Shown: positions 49,100 to 63,723, counted from the stretch's first letter. The stretch: 64,000 nucleotides of DNA from Eledone cirrhosa (GCA_964016885.1 OZ024741.1:61442001-61506000), one strand, 5' to 3'. Numbers and translations are program-made. The notes: generated by a model from the sequence alone, not told the origin.

Positions 49100-49910
49100 G
49101 AACGCTGTCAATATTCCAGTAATATTGCTACCATTTTAAAATCCTCTAATGTGACACAATAACTCTCAATATATTTCTGTGAATACTTTCTACAAAGAAT
49201 TATATTTTTTCTATCGCTTTTAGATATTTTCTTCATTATGGAATTTAAAATACATGGAGCCAATAGTTCCAACAGAAATGGATAGAAAATAATTATTACA
49301 CAAACCTTTTTTCTTCCTTAGTTCCATTCAACATTTTCAAACATGTGTATACCACTATGGAAATACTATGGAAGTGGTATACACATATGTATACCACTAT
49401 GGAAAAGTCGACATTAAAGGATTCTTTATGTATTTAAATTTTACACCACCTGTGTTTTCTGTTTTCTCTTCTCTTTCTTTTTCTCACTCTGATCCTTCCG
49501 TGTTGTCTCTATCTATATGGAACTTACATCCAAATGAATAATTTTTTTTATAAGTTTATGTATTCTCTGTCTTTTCCACCTTCTCTTTCTGACTTCACTT
49601 TCTGTGCATACTTTCTCTTCCGGGCTAATATACTGGGATTTGTTTCTATCTCTTCTTTCCAGCTGTAGCATATTGGTTTATGGCAAATTTTATTTGACTT
49701 GTAAATAGTTCCAATATTTATTACTGTTCCATGTGCACTAGAGCTAGTGGTATCGACTTAAAATACTGAAAACACGAAGACCTCCAGAGGTTAACATATG
49801 AGAAGAGATTGTCCTGTGTTGCATCTGTTTTTCCATAGTCTTCACCAACCTTTTTTTATTCATTTTTATTCATCTAAGATCATATCAATCTTAGACATGC
49901 AGGACACTTT
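49100..49910 (-). pseudogene. Ancient L1-like ORF2 remnant (end of endonuclease plus linker)
   Basis: Minus-strand RIDMIL and ILARKRKYAQKVKSEREGGKDREYINL resemble the L1 SRID and RSR..W..EGEK.T.YF motifs; heavily decayed. Confidence 0.4.
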
Positions 49911-49970
49911 TCCAAATTTTTATGTATATATGCTTTGATATATATCAATATATATGAAATATAAGCACAG

Positions 49971-50025
<55 letters not shown>

Positions 50026-50229
50026 GTGTGTGTGTAAATGACTGTGTGTACATAGGTTTTAAGTATATATAAATATGCATTTGAAAATGTTATTATTTCA
50101 CATAATATATATTGCTAACAAAACAAGAAGCTTCCTATATCTTTAACAAAAATAACATGACAACACAATTCATATATTTATCTATAATATACTACATGTC
50201 TTTAAGATGTTGCACAATATTCTGTGAAT

Positions 50230-50600
50230 GGATGTGGTTCAGTAGTTAGGGTGTTCACTATCATAAAGGTCATAAATTCGGTTCCTGACAGTATTTCTTT
50301 TCCTTGAGCAAAACACTTTATTTCATGTTGCTTCAGTTCACTCAGATGGCAAAAATGATTTGTACTTGTAATTCAACAGGTTAGGTATGTCATACTGAAT
50401 CTCACTGAGAATTATGTTAAGTGTATGTGTATCTGTGGAATGATCAACCACTTACACTATATAACTGTACCAGTAATTCAAAAATTTAGCCTTATTACAC
50501 ATTGTATCATGCTGAATTTCCCTGAGAACTACATTAAGCTTCACGTGTCTGTGGAATACTCAGCCATTTACACATTAATTTCAGGAAGTCCAACACAACA
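50230..50600 (+). mobile_element. tRNA + CORE-like SINE with a third tail type
   Basis: ccttgagcaaaacactttatttc core; tail unit ctgaatctc.ctgagaa.ta..ttaag..gtgtctgtggaat occurs twice. Confidence 0.75.
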
Positions 50601-50794
50601 CACTATTCCATTTTATCTGTAATATCACAACAATAATTACAACAAAGATGAGTTCCACATGGCCAAATAGTGATGAAGTTTGCTTTGCTTATATAAGATC
50701 CCAGGTTTAATCTTATACATGGCATAATGACAACATCCCCACCACCACCACCACTAAAACACCACAATATCAACACCACCTCTACCATCACAAT

Positions 50795-51008
50795 TATTTC
50801 TACGATAGGCACAAGGTCAGCAATTTGGGAAGAGGGGAAAGTCAATTAAATCAACCCCAGTGCATTACTGGTTGTTTATTTATCAACCCCATAAGGATGA
50901 AAGGCAAAGCTAACCTCACTGGGATTTGAACTCAGAACATAAAGTGCCGTAACTTTATGCAGCCAAGCATCTTGTCCGATGCTCTACGGATACTGCCAAT
51001 CCACCACC
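50795..51008 (-). mobile_element. (ATT)n-type tRNA SINE
   Basis: Reverse-complement body. Confidence 0.9.
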
Positions 51009-51559
51009 CAACAATAACTTACCATCATAACAGTTTTACAACCACCACAATAGCAGCAGCATCACCACCTCATGAGCACTACCACAATAACACCAGAACC
51101 ACCACCACATTATCAACAGCACCACCACCACAATAGCACGATCACCAGCTCAACAGCAGTACTACCCCCCCCCCCCCCCCCCCCACTACCACTACTACAA
51201 GACCACAGATATTACTACAAACAACAGGTTCACAGCCATCAAAATATCTATTTAGATTTAATTGTCAAATATTCTTATGGACATTTTAGTTTAGAATATT
51301 TATGACCTTTTTTAATTATAAACATATAAACAATGTCAATTATCTTGTTTTTTTCCCCCTGTTCTAGGAAATTTGATGCCTTAACATTATTCATTCATTC
51401 ATTTATTTCTGTAATTCTTGTAGTGAACTGTTGCTGCAGTAGTTATTGTTGGAAATTTATAGTTTCGTAGTTTAAATATAATTCCAAACACCTGAATTAT
51501 ATCTCTATCACCCCCTTTATCACCACTATCACCAACATAATCATTACCAGCACCACCAT

Positions 51560-52095
51560 CATCATCAGAATCATTATCACCATTGTTTTATGTATGCTTT
51601 CCAGTCTTGCATGGGTTAGGTGGGTTATCACATTCTGTATGCCCGCTCATACATTTCTATCGGACATGGTTTCTATAGCTGGATGCCCTTTCCAATTCCA
51701 GCCATATTACAGTATATACTGGAAGCATTTTTTCATGGGACCAACACTATCAATTTACAGAGTGCATTGGGTGCATTGTATCCTGGCATCAGTAGTAGCA
51801 CTTTACAGTATGTACTGGATGCATTTTATGGCACTAGCACTATAAATTTACAGTGTGTACTGAGTGCAGTTTATCATAGACCCAGCACTACCAATTTACA
51901 GCATTTACTGGCTACATTATGTGGCAACAGCACTACCTACCACTTTAATGAGTGTACTGGGTGTATTGTTTTTATGGCACTAGCACTACCACTTCCAGAG
52001 TGTACTGATCGCATTTTATTGAGACACCAGCACTGGCACTTTACAGAGTGTGCTGGGTGCATTTTATCATGACACCAACACTACCACTTTACAGC
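51560..52095 (-). mobile_element. RTE 3'UTR element with an expanded ~44-bp tandem array (about 9 units)
   Basis: Unit ttttatggcactagcactaccactttacagagtgtactgggtgca; RTE terminus at ~51590-51690. Confidence 0.8.
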
Positions 52096-53086
52096 AACTT
52101 GCACCTTAATGCAGCAAGCAGGTTGTAGGTCAATCAGCAGGAACACTCTCCATCAGAATGAACAGAAATCCAACAATAATTTATTCATTCAGTTATTGAC
52201 TCATTTCTATAATTCTTGTAGAGAACTGTTGCTGTTGTTGTTATTGTAGGAAATTTATAGTTTGCTTGCTTGAATATAATTCTAAACACCTGAATTATAT
52301 CAGATTCATGAAAATTATATGTTTACTACAGCTGCAAATGAATATCCAATTAGCTTATAGCAATTTATTAACTGCTCTCTACTTTATTGCGACATCTGTA
52401 CACTAGAAGCCATCTTAGTTTTGTATTATGTTTGCATGGTTGTTTTTTTAAAAAGACAAATATTTATAAATCGGTTTTTGTTTATTCAGCTTTGTTATAA
52501 TAATATATTGAACTACAGTGACAGTTTCAAAATAACCTTTCTATACTAAGAACCTAATTAAAAATATCTCTGATGGTTTTGGCTCGTTCATATGTTTTAT
52601 TTGCATGTTTGTTTTGTTCGTTTATCTGTGTGTTTGTTTGTAGATTTTCAAGTTGTGAGCATTAAATTATCAAATATTGAATCTCTCTGGCTTTAGAAAA
52701 AACAGCAGCAAAATGAAACAAAACAAAAACATCCACCAACCAATGACAAGAGAGAGTGAGAGAGAAGCTTCACTATGCTGGAATTCTTCAAATTTTAGTG
52801 TTTCTATCTAAAAAAAAAAGTCTTAATAGTAAGTGAACAATAAAAGGTAGAAATAAATATTTCCTTTGAATTCTTGAACTCTGAACCATTCCTGTTAGAA
52901 CCCATTCAATTTCCAGAATGCAAAAAAAGGAAAAAAATTAAACTTTGTCGAAGTCCTCCAGTGATTTAGGAAACCAAAACATTTTTGAAAAATTTCTTCA
53001 GAGAAATACAAGAGTCAATATATTAAAGGAAAACTATTTTTAAACCACTATTCTTTGCTTTGTAGAATTTCAAAGTAGGTATATAC

Positions 53087-53331
<245 letters not shown>

Positions 53332-54611
53332 TTATGATATATATGTATTAATATTTATTTCAAAGTGTTGCAAACATTACAGTGATGTTTTAAGTTTTGT
53401 TTCTACTGAGCTGAGAGTCTAACCCCCAGCCCCACATTGATTTAATCATTTCCTTTCATTCACATCAGTAATGTCCTGGGGTAGGAGGCGATAATATGTG
53501 TCTTTGTAAGAAGCTGATATTTACTTTTATAGAATAAAGTAAATTTCTAAAACTAGATTTAACAACCTGTGATTTTCATTGCCTACAATAGAAACCTTCT
53601 TATTTCTTTGTATAGTGCAGTATCTCAGTTATGCTTTCTATATTCTTATTCTTTTACTAGTTTCAATCATTAAACTGTAGCCATGCTGGAGCCTCACCTT
53701 CAACATGTTTAGTCAAACTTACGGACCTTAATATTTATTTTTTTGCAAATTGATTTCATAGCCTTTCAAGATCATAGTTTTATTTTTCATTTACCTTGGA
53801 TCTCAGCACATATTTATAAAGTTGCACATCACAGGAGGTTTCTCAGATGTATTAATGAAAGATGTTCTAATCCTATCACGTTTTTGCGGTTCACAACTAC
53901 ATAGGTTTAGCTGGCCTCCTAAAATGTTGCATCTTATAGAAGGCCTCTTAGGTGTTTTTCTGATAAGTATTCCAATCCTATCAACACCGTACATATTGAT
54001 GTTACAGCTCTCACCTTTGTAGGTTTAGCTGGCCTTCTACGAGATTGGATCTCATGGATTTCTTGGTAGTGCTATCATAAAAAAAACAATGTGAAATGAA
54101 ATGTCTTCTTCAAGAACACAACACATTGCCACACACCTTCACTTTGGCCTGCATTACATAAAAAACATTTCCAATCTGGCCCACCACCAAAAATGTTTGC
54201 TGACCACTGATCTAAGCTAGTATTTTGTATAGGTCACTACTACAGATGTGAGAAGGCATGTGGCTTGGTGATTAGAGTGTACAGCTCATGATTGATACTT
54301 ATTACCTACAGGGCTCAACAGAATACAACAACTACAACAACCAGAATGGCAACAACCATAACAATGACAGTAACTACAACAGCAGTACAAGATGAATGAT
54401 AAGTGAATCAGAATTCCTTCTTTACTGCAGGAAATATTGTAATAAAGAACACCAGAAAATGGCTCACTAGCTGTTCTGTTAATGAATGATATCATACAAT
54501 CTGTCAGAGTGTGTGTATTGCATATACTTGCGTATGTCACACATACACTTATATATGTATACAGAGAAAGAGAAAGAATTATGAATATATGTGTTTGTGC
54601 ATTTATATTGG

Positions 54612-54686
<75 letters not shown>

Positions 54687-54813
54687 TATATATCTTTTGT
54701 TATATTTGGAACCATATATTTACACACAGAAACACATTTGGAGTTTTCTGTAAGCTTTTACATGTAATGATGTGTATGTATGTGTGCATATTTATATAGG
54801 TGTGTATTATTAT

Positions 54814-54846
<33 letters not shown>

Positions 54847-55737
54847 ATGAGTGTGTATGAATGTGCATGTGTCTGTGAGAAAGAGAGAGTTTCTGTGTGC
54901 GTGAGAGAAGAAATAATATATATGCTTCATCCTCCATAATCACTTACAGTAATCACTCACATTAGTTAAACATAACGCACGTTAAGCATACTTGCCATCA
55001 TAATTAGTCTTTCATTGGCACTAACTCGATGGTAGTTTATTAATAATTAGTCTTGCCTTGACACTAACTAGATGCTAGTTTATTAATAATTCTTCATAAG
55101 TATTAAGCATCCATGGACAACTTCCAACTGATTATTTAAGAGACAAATATACAATGTAGTCACTTAGCTGAAAATTTTCGTACAAATTTACAATTGCTGT
55201 TGCTGGCTGTCTCTATCATTCTGTATCACTCTGCTGTCTGTACTAACCAGCCCACTCTATAACTTACGTATGGAGCTAATAATCATACACTATGATTTCA
55301 CAATTCCTCAGGCACACTTTTGATTCATTCTTATTTCATAAATGACCGTTGTAACTTTGTAACTTTGCTTCCATTTATATATTATATATTAGCCAGCAGT
55401 TCCTCATTGAAGATTCTTCATTTCTTCGTATACACCAATCGAAACTAACTCAATCAATGGTTTTCCGTTCACGTTTGTTTTGGTGTTGTTGGTGGTAGTG
55501 GTGGTGGTGCTGATGGTGGTGGCAGGATTTTTTTTTTTTTTATAGTAAGAGTAGAAGTCTACTTGAATTAAATGTAATAGATTGAGCTGAATCTCTCCCA
55601 ATTCCATCATGTAGTTGTCCCAAGGGACAGCAGCATAGTCAATATAATAGCTGGTTAAGTGTTAAGTGCATTAGTCTATCTCCCGATTGTAGGTTCAATC
55701 TGTGAGTAAGTGTGTGCATATATATATATATTCTAAA

Positions 55738-56110
55738 TTAACCCGTTTGACACCAACCTGTCTGAAACAGTCCCTAATCCTAAAATACAAAACTGTCCAT
55801 TTTAAAGTGTTCTTCCTTTAGCATTTATACCAGCCATATCCAACCAGAATTCTCTCACATCTTTTTGTTCAAACCAACTGTAACCAGCCACTCATACTGA
55901 TGTTAAGGTATTGTTCACAAAATAAATAATATCAAAATTTCATAGATTTTGATATAATGTGAGATAATTATGTGAAGTAAAGCCATTACCATGAAAATAT
56001 AATAGTAAATATAGAGTAATGTTAAAGGGTTAAATTAGTTTACTAAATTCCTCCAAATTATTTATTATTTCAAACTTAATTGAAACACATAGACATTGTC
56101 TTTCATTGTG
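55738..56110. mobile_element. piggyBac MITE family 2 with family 1 nested inside
   Basis: ttaacccgtttgacacc..ctgaaac matches the 20408 start; 55814-56033 matches 2655-2880. Confidence 0.7.
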
Positions 56111-56509
56111 AATAAGCAATTGACATCACAAGTAACTAAATTCCTTATATGGACAATGGAATAAAAAGAACATCAGTGCTAGTATACATCATACACAAGT
56201 GTTTTAAGGCCATATTTCTCTGCTAAAGCAGGAGTTATCTTTATAGGCCCGTGATAGTCTTCATATTTTTCATGGGGTCCTTTCTGAGGCAATATTTTAC
56301 ATTCAGATACCCTTGAAGTCACTTCTTATGATAAGCAGGGATATAGTGTATACCTATTCTAAATGGTAACATACTTAATATCATGATCCACCCCCATCCT
56401 CCAAAAAAGAAAGAAATTAATTTAAATTACTCTTGTAATGTGTGGGTATGTTGGACCTCTGTAAGTTCTGATAGTGAGTGTTTCAGTTCTCAGAACAACG
56501 AAGAAGTCT

Positions 56510-57030
56510 GCTTGAGAAATTAACATGCTGGTTGTACTGCATTCTACATACACATATATTCTTAACACAATTCTCAAGGAGATTCAATGTTACACAGTAT
56601 GTAACAAGACTGGCCCTTTGAATTACAGGTACAACTTATTTTTGCCAGCTGAGTGGAATAGAGCAATGTAAAATAAAGGGTCTTGCTTAGGGAAACTATA
56701 CATTGTCAGGAATAATACTCATGACCTTACGATCATGAGCTAAACACACTAACCATTGAGCTGGATGACTTCACACTTACTAATTAACGTGCAAAGGGCT
56801 GACCATTCCACATACATGTGTACCCTAAACATAATTCTCAGGGATATTCTGTGTACCACAGTATGTGATGAAACTGACCATTAGATTTACAACTCATCTT
56901 TGCCAGCTAAGTGGATTGGAGTAATGTGAAATAAAATGCCTTTCTCAAAGACACAATACCCCACAAAGAATCAAACTCATGATCTTATGATCATGAGCTA
57001 AACACACTAAACACTAAGCCATATGCCTTT
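56510..57030 (-). mobile_element. Two tandem tRNA + CORE-like SINEs (tail type of 50230)
   Basis: Reverse-complement heads ending at ~56770 and ~57028; ttgccagctgagtgga..aatgtgaaataaa core. Confidence 0.8.
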
Positions 57031-57429
57031 ATATAGAACAAAAATGAATATATAAACAGTAATATCATACTAGATGAAGAAATAGAGATAAGAAAGTTAG
57101 ACCAAAGACAAACTTGGAATTATTTAGAAATTAATGTTCTAGACAGAGTACAAGCAACACAAATAACACATGTATATATATATGAAAGAAAAGGTTAGGG
57201 AGGTCTGTTGTAGATGCACTAGATTAATACATAAAACTGAGATAAATACCAAAAAATAAGATAATAGGTGTCCGTGCTCTTTCTTGCTGTTCTTGCTAGA
57301 AGCTAAGTGAATTAACAAGACTAGACAGGAAAACAGGAAAATAATAACTGCATTTAGAATACTCCATACAAACGCTGACACAGATAGACTATATTTACTT
57401 AAAACACAGAAGCAGGGTTTTTCTGTAAC

Positions 57430-57685
57430 TAGTATAATTAGTGGTTAGTTTGCTTGACCAATGATCATATTGTTGTGGGTTCGATTCTTGATCTGGGAAG
57501 TATATTGTATTCTTAAGCAAAATACTTTATTTCATATAGCTCTAGTCCACTAAGCTGAAAATGAATCCCAGCAGTAGCAGGGGCTTAAATTTGTAATGGT
57601 CCAGTTTTGTACTCACAGACATTTAATGTTAATAAAACTGATATAAATGCTGGTCTGATAAGCCTTTTTGCTTGTGACAGACTCC
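57430..57685 (+). mobile_element. tRNA + CORE-like SINE with a fourth tail type
   Basis: tagtggttag..gggttcgattc..ttcttaagcaaaatactttatttc.. Confidence 0.65.
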
Positions 57686-57792
57686 TTTTCATACACACAC
57701 ACACATATATATATATAAAGGGTGAAAGCAGCAATTCTTTGCTTAAACTTTAATCTGCACTAATAATAAATATATATATATATGAGTGTGTG

Positions 57793-58175
57793 TGTGAATT
57801 TCGTATATCTATAGATATACAGTATATTTAATAAATAAGCCTTTCAAAAGCCCAGCTATGAATATTGAAAGGCTGATGGCCAGCACCATCTAGCGGAATC
57901 TAGCAGAAGCAGAAGGGGACAACTGTCTGTCAGCACTTTGAGCTCTGGCTCTCATCAGGACAGTGTTTCCCCTGCTCTCTGCTGGAACTTGAAACAGGCA
58001 AAAATATATAGATTTTTGGCCTGTGTAGGTGGGCTGATTAGCCTCATTTGCATATTAAGCTGTATAAGTTGGCTCAACTTAAAATTAGAATGAAAATTTA
58101 GCTCCGGCATAACTGTATACATACAAGTATGTGAATTTCATATATCAAAAGATATACAGTATGTTTAATAAATAA
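57793..58175 (-). mobile_element. 337-bp highly structured unit bounded by 46-bp direct repeats, with a degenerate hammerhead
   Basis: Direct repeats at 57793-57838 and 58130-58175; minus strand CTGTC-CTGATGA-GAGC(CAGA)GCTC-AAAG..GACAG at 57963-57923. Confidence 0.65.
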
Positions 58176-58357
58176 AATAAATAAAATATATAAATATATT
58201 ATTGAGTATTTTATAATAATTACATACTTATTTCATGTATTTGACAATCTACTGTGTAACACTCTTCCTCTAATGTTTATAATGTTTACTGTATTAAATA
58301 TAATTTTGCCTCTCCAAACCCACATGTTTTGTAATGCCTATATTTATATGATAACAA

Positions 58358-58728
58358 TGGTTTCTTATACAGGCACAAGGCCAGCAATTTGAAGGGGAGG
58401 GGAAAGTCGATTAAATTGACTTCAGTGCATTACTGGTGCTTTATTTCGTCGACCCCGTAAGGATGAAAAGCAAAGCTAACCTCAGCAGGATTTGAACTCA
58501 GAACATAAAGGGCCATAACTCTATGCTGCAAAGCATAGTGTCTGACGCCCTACCGATACTGCCAATCCACTGCCCTTGTAATAATAATGGGTTCTGATTT
58601 AGACACAAGGCCAACAATTTTGAACTCAGAGTGTAAAGGGAGATTTGAACTCAGAGTGTAAAGGGCCACAATTCTATGTCACAAAGCATATTGTCCGAAG
58701 CTCTACCAACTCTGCCAATCACCCACCC

Positions 58729-58730
<2 letters not shown>
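58358..58730 (-). mobile_element. Two tandem (ATT)n-type SINEs next to (TAA)n
   Basis: Reverse-complement bodies separated by taataataat. Confidence 0.88.
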
Positions 58731-58769
<39 letters not shown>

Positions 58770-59064
58770 TTTCCCCGTATATTTTATTGATCATACATAG
58801 ATTAACCTAAATTATTTTTACCATTTAGATTTCTTCATCTGTTCCATTGACTAACAACCCCCACTACTGCCCAATCCACAATTCCCCAATGCCATAGAGT
58901 CATTAACTAAAACTCCTTGATTCTATATAGTTGTTGTCATCATCATTATCATCATGGCCGCTGCCGCCGGTGGTGATGATGGTGAAGATTATGATGATGA
59001 TATTGATGAAAATGGTGATGTGATGATGGTAATGTTGGTGGCAGCGGTGGTACTGCCAACATTA

Positions 59065-59810
59065 CCATCACATCACCATTTTCATCATTATCATCATTAT
59101 CATCATCATCATGATAATCTTCACCACCACCATCATCATCATCACTACCACCACCATTATCTTCACTATTATTTTCATTATCACCACTATCATCACCACC
59201 ACCACTACCATCACCACCACCCCAACAAACACCATCACTCCAACAACCACCACCACCACCATCATCATCACCCCAACAAACACCATCACGTCAACCATCA
59301 TCATCACCAGTAATACAACCACCACCACCATCACCACCACCACCACCCCCAACAAACACCATCACTCCAACCACCACCACCCCAACAAACACCATTACTC
59401 CAACCACCATCACCACCACTCCAACCACCACCACCACCATCATCACCCCAACAAACACCATCACGTCAACCATCATCATCACCAGTAATACAACCACCAC
59501 CACCATCACCACCACCACCACCCCCAACAAACACCATCACTCCAACCACCACCACCCCAACAAACACCATTACTCCAACCACCACCACTTCAACTCCAAC
59601 CACCACACTATCACCTTAACCAACACCATCACTCCAACAACCACCACCACCACCATCATCATCACCCCAACAAACACCATCACTTCAACCATCATCATCA
59701 CCAGTAATACAACCACCACCACCACCACCACCACCACCACCAACAACAACAACAGCAGCAGCAGCAACAACAACAACAACAACAACAACAACATCATCAT
59801 CATCATCATT
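59065..59810. repeat. (CAC/CAT)-rich minisatellite with ~180-bp higher-order duplication
   Basis: ccccaacaaacaccatcac..accagtaatacaacc units. Confidence 0.9.
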
Positions 59811-59934
59811 ACCTTTTTATAGCCATTTCTCGGTTTCTAATTTTATTGTTTTAATATTTCATTTTTTGTTTTATTTATTTATTTTCTATTCTCCTCTTCC
59901 CCTCCTCCCTCTCTGGCACTCTTTCTTATGATAA

Positions 59935-60725
59935 TTCCCTTGATGATGATGATGTTAGTGGTGGTAGTGGTTGTGGTGATGATGCTGGTGGTGGTAATGC
60001 TACTGGTGGTGGTTGTGTTACTGGTGATGATAATGATGATGGTGAGGCTGCTGCATATACTACTTATGATGGCGGTTGTTTTACTGATTATGATGGTGAT
60101 GATGATGTTGGTGACGGTGGTTGATGATGGTGGTGGTGGTAGTGGTTGTTTTACTGATTATGATGGTGATGATGATGTTGGTGACGGTGGTTGATGATGA
60201 TGGTGGTGGTGGTAGTGGTTGTTTTACTGATTATGATGGTGATGATGATGTCGGTGATGGTGGTTGATGATGGTGGTGGTGGTAGTGGTTGTTTTACTGA
60301 TTATGATGGTGATGATGATGTTGGTGACGGTGGTTGATGATGATGGTGGTGGTGGTAGTGGTTGTTTTACTGATTATGATGGTGATGATGATGTCGGTGA
60401 TGGTGGTTGATGATGGTGGTGGTGGTAGTGGTTGTTTTACTGATTATGATGGTGATGATGATGTTGGTGACGGTGGTTGATGATGATGGTGGTGGTGGTA
60501 GTGGTTGTTTTACTGATTATGATGGTGATGATGATGTTGGTGACGGTGGTTGCTTTACTGATTATAATAGTGATGATGATGGTGGTGGTGGTTGTTTTAT
60601 TGATTACGATGGTGATGATGATGTTAGTGGTAGTGGTTGTGCTACTGATGATGATGATGATGATGACAGTAGTGGGTTTGATGATGATAATGATGATAGA
60701 TAATAGTGGTGATGATAATGATGAT
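59935..60725. repeat. (GAT/GGT)-rich minisatellite with ~70-bp units
   Basis: ggtagtggttgttttactgattatgatggtgatgatgatgttggtgacggtggttgatga repeated about 8 times. Confidence 0.92.
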
Positions 60726-60858
60726 GAAAAGAAAGAAAGAAAACAACTACCATTTGAGAGTAATCATTATTTAACATTGCCATAAAAAGTAGATTTGATG
60801 AAGGAAAGTTTTAGTTTTTATACCATTTAATCAAAACCACATTATTATTATTACTATA

Positions 60859-60900
<42 letters not shown>

Positions 60901-60939
60901 GTTGTTGTTGTTATTATCATCATCATCATTATCATATAT

Positions 60940-61030
60940 TTTTTTCTCTCTTCTATGTAAACCACAGTATCGTGTTGGAACTTATCTTTGTAATGTCTCC
61001 ATCCAATGCCCTTGTGGCAAATAAAAAAAA
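60940..61030 (+). mobile_element. Very short Tx1-like 3' end inside (ATT)n
   Basis: gcccttgtggcaaataaaaaaaag resembles the Tx1 terminus cccttgtggttaataaagaaag. Confidence 0.55.
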
Positions 61031-61456
61031 GTATCTTTATTATCATTATTATTGTTGTTGTTATTGTCATCATCATTATGAAAATTAGTTTTTATACCAT
61101 TTAATCAAAACCCAAAACCATATTACATGTATTATTATTATTATTATCATTATTATTATTACATGTACAAAATTTCTTATCAACAACATTGTACATTCTT
61201 TCTTTTGCACTGTCATTATTGCTTAGGATGCTTCAGTATTTTTTATATTTCTTATGTGTATATATATATATAGAGAGAGAGAGAGAGACACACACACACA
61301 CACACACATGTATATGGGTGTATGTGTGCACACACACATATGCAAGCATGCGTGCATACGCACACATTGCAAGCACGCATGCGTACATATGTATATATGT
61401 ATACACATACATACATGCTTACATACATACATACATACATGTATACATGCATGCAT

Positions 61457-62290
61457 AATTTTGCAATCGAAGAACAAGAAATAACTACAAAATACCTGAT
61501 TCACAAAAGAGATAGGGATGCAGGCAAAACACCTAGCTGTGACAGTAGGTGCAGACTCTGCAGAATTAACATCGAAGATGTCACCCATGTCATAAACAGC
61601 TTTCCAAAGAAGTCATCACAGACCTATCTATCTATGAGGCATGCTGTAGTGACTAAAAGACTATACAATGAAAGGATAGCCCTGACAATAAACATATAAA
61701 AAGCTACAGCAATATGAAAGAGTACTGGTGGAATGTTCCAGTCAAAACCCCAATAAAATGCAAACACAACAAACCAAACATAGTGATATGGACAGAGAAA
61801 AGAAAGCATGCACAGTAGTGAAAGTCAGCTTCCCAACAGATGTCAATATAATGCTAAAGATCAGTGAAAAAGAGAACATTTAAGGTGAACTAATGAGGAA
61901 TCTGCAGATACTCCATTCTGACTACACCTTTAGACATATACCTGTGAACATTGGGGCTCTTGGATATGTTACTAACTGCATCATTACAAATCTTGAGGAG
62001 CTGGGCTTCACAGAACCAGAAATAGTACAGCTAGTTAGTAAGTTACAAATACAGTCCTTTAATGAAACAGTAGAAATATGAAAAACATTTCAGAAATTCT
62101 CCATGTAATAACTGCATATACACATATATAGACAAAGAAACATGCATACACATATAACTCAAAACATCCATGTCTACACACACATACAGATGTATTTACC
62201 TAGTTGATGTCTAAATTCCAATGAAAGAGTCTTGTGTCTATGTTAAAAACTTACTCTCTCTGTATTGGTGAAAATATAAACTATAATAAA
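61457..62290 (+). mobile_element. R4-type 3' remnant (CCHC knuckle, RLE, 3'UTR)
   Basis: FAIEEQEITTKY..CRLCRINIEDVTHVINS; HNKPNIVIW; IPVNIGALG. Confidence 0.85.
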
Positions 62291-62754
62291 GTAAGGAGTG
62301 CGAGACTGCATCCAGAATATATTTTTTTATCCCGTTTGTAAAATAAGTTGGATTACTTTGAATAAATAATGAATGAATATTACATAATTTATCTACTAAA
62401 TTTCGTGGCTGTTTATTAAATATATTTTATTACTTATTTAAAGATTCACTTTTCAAATTTTCAGGTTAGCGATCACTTAAATAAACATACATATATTTCT
62501 GTCACTAATTTTCTCCTAATACAGTTTATATATAATATCGTCTTTTTTAATGTATCATGGATTACGTTACTGATAACATAAGAGAGTGTAACAACGTCTT
62601 CGTTCAATTTCTGTGTATATTGTCAATTACGATTTTATTTGATGTATCATATCTACATGTATATATACTTGCATATAATATCAATATACACACTACACAT
62701 GCTAACAGAAAACCACCTGAAGGGTGGTTTTTCTGCTAGTTTATGTAATAATTG

Positions 62755-63125
62755 TTTCTACTTTAGGCACAAGGCCAGCATTTATCCCAGTACATTACTG
62801 GTACTTTATTTTATCGACCCCGTAAGGATGAAAGGCAAAGTTAACCTCGGCGGGATTTCAACTCAGAACATAAAGGGGCGTAACTCTATGCTACAAAACA
62901 TGGCATCCGACCCTCTACCGATACTGCCAATCCACCCACTGTTTCTACTTTTGGCACAAGGTCAGCAATTACCTCAGTGCATTACTGGTGCTTTATTTTA
63001 TCAACCTCGTAAGGATGAAAGGCAAAGTTAACCTGGTGGGATTTAAACTCAGAACGTAAAGGGCCATAACTCCTATTCTGCAAGACATGGTGTCTGACGC
63101 TCTACTGATACTGCCAAACCACCTC
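62755..63125 (-). mobile_element. Two tandem (ATT)n-type SINEs
   Basis: Reverse-complement bodies at 62755-62938 and 62940-63125. Confidence 0.9.
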
Positions 63126-63675
63126 TCTTTATATAATAAAACCAAAAGAACAAATGCACATATGTACATTCCTACATGCATGCATACATACATACACACA
63201 TACACACACACACTCACATACATAGATATATATATATACATACATTTGATGTTGAACTTAACACCTGATTATATGTCGTCAAAGGAGTAGTTTATTTTAT
63301 TCTTACATTCTAAAGATGAAAGACTATACTCCTCTTTTCAATGGTCTGGCTCTCTGCTCTCTGAATAAATAACACGCTTCACTGTTTTTCATAATACATC
63401 ATGACAAGACTGATGGAAAGCACACATACATGTGTGTGTGTGTGTCCTACCCATGCTAGCATGGAAGATGGACATTAAACAATGATGATGATGATATATA
63501 TATATATAGTAAGTATACATATGTACACACACACATATATATATACACACACAAACATACATATATGTACAAATAGGTTATATAAAATTCTTATTTTATA
63601 TATATATATATATATATCATCATCATCATCATTTAACGTCCATGTTCCACATATATATATATATATATACATAGC

Positions 63676-63723
<48 letters not shown>

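Noticed and set aside
55390-55620. Possible host exon (also 13050-13250)
   Set aside because: Short open frames with no recognisable domain and no convincing splice-site pair.
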